Positions 63,730-64,000 of a DNA stretch of 64,000 nt are shown here, one piece after another. This DNA comes from Octopus sinensis (lineage: Eukaryota). The notes beneath the pieces were generated by a model. That model searched no databases, had not been told where the DNA came from, and saw only the letters and a list, made by a program, of their open reading frames with translations. The position numbers were made by a program, and so were the translations under genes. The DNA is taken from positions 61,566,001 through 61,630,000 of the forward strand of contig NC_043003.1 of NCBI RefSeq assembly GCF_006345805.1, written 5' to 3'. How positions within the stretch are numbered: the first letter of the stretch is position 1; the number at the start of each line of letters is the position of its first letter.

Positions 63730-63972
63730 TATATATATATGTTTCTTTATTGTCCACAAGGGGCTAAACATAGAGGGGACAAACAAGGACAAACAAACGG
63801 ATTAAGTTGATTATATCGACCCCAGTGCGTAACTGGTACTTATTTAATCGACCTCGAAAGGATAAAAGGCAAAGTCAACCTCGGTGGAATTTGAACTCAG
63901 AACGTAACGCCAGAAGAAATACCGCTAAGCATTTCGCCCGGTACGCTAACGTTTCTGCCAACTCGCCGCCTT
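63730..63972 (-). mobile_element. SINE family B, near full length
   Basis: Head ggcagaaacgttagcgtacc...gagttcaaattcc; central gcctttYatcctttcgaggtcgattaaataagtaccagt, which resembles my recollection of the conserved MetaSINE-type domain (unverified). Confidence 0.8.
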
Positions 63973-64000
63973 TAACATATATATATATATATATATATAG

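Overview
Eukaryotic, AT-rich, microsatellite-dense genomic DNA. The repeat landscape looks like an Octopus-type cephalopod (inference from the SINE/LINE/MITE families; not database-checked). The only host gene I can support is TCEANC2 on the minus strand: its last two coding exons (41469-41662 and 26676-26876) are separated by a ~14.6 kb intron. I could not find its upstream exons. Most ORFs in the supplied track are microsatellite or antisense artefacts. The rest of the window is transposon-derived: a nearly complete CR1-type ORF2 (3899-6785), many RTE fragments including a BovB-like one, R4/Dong and HERO-type restriction-like-endonuclease fragments, a Penelope RT/GIY-YIG remnant, Tc1, hAT and piggyBac-type MITEs, and at least five tRNA-derived SINE families. 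The most unusual signals are: (1) a tRNA-headed SINE, in two copies, whose 3' part folds as a minimal Penelope-type hammerhead ribozyme; (2) several foldback palindromes with inverted hammerhead remnants; (3) SINE tails that match the 3' end of the CR1 LINE in this window; (4) retrotransposition scars (twin-priming inversion, a reiterated 5' junction); (5) a 1.23 kb tandem duplication that may be real or an assembly artefact. All protein-family assignments come from manual translation and recalled motifs. Coordinates of degenerate repeats are approximate.
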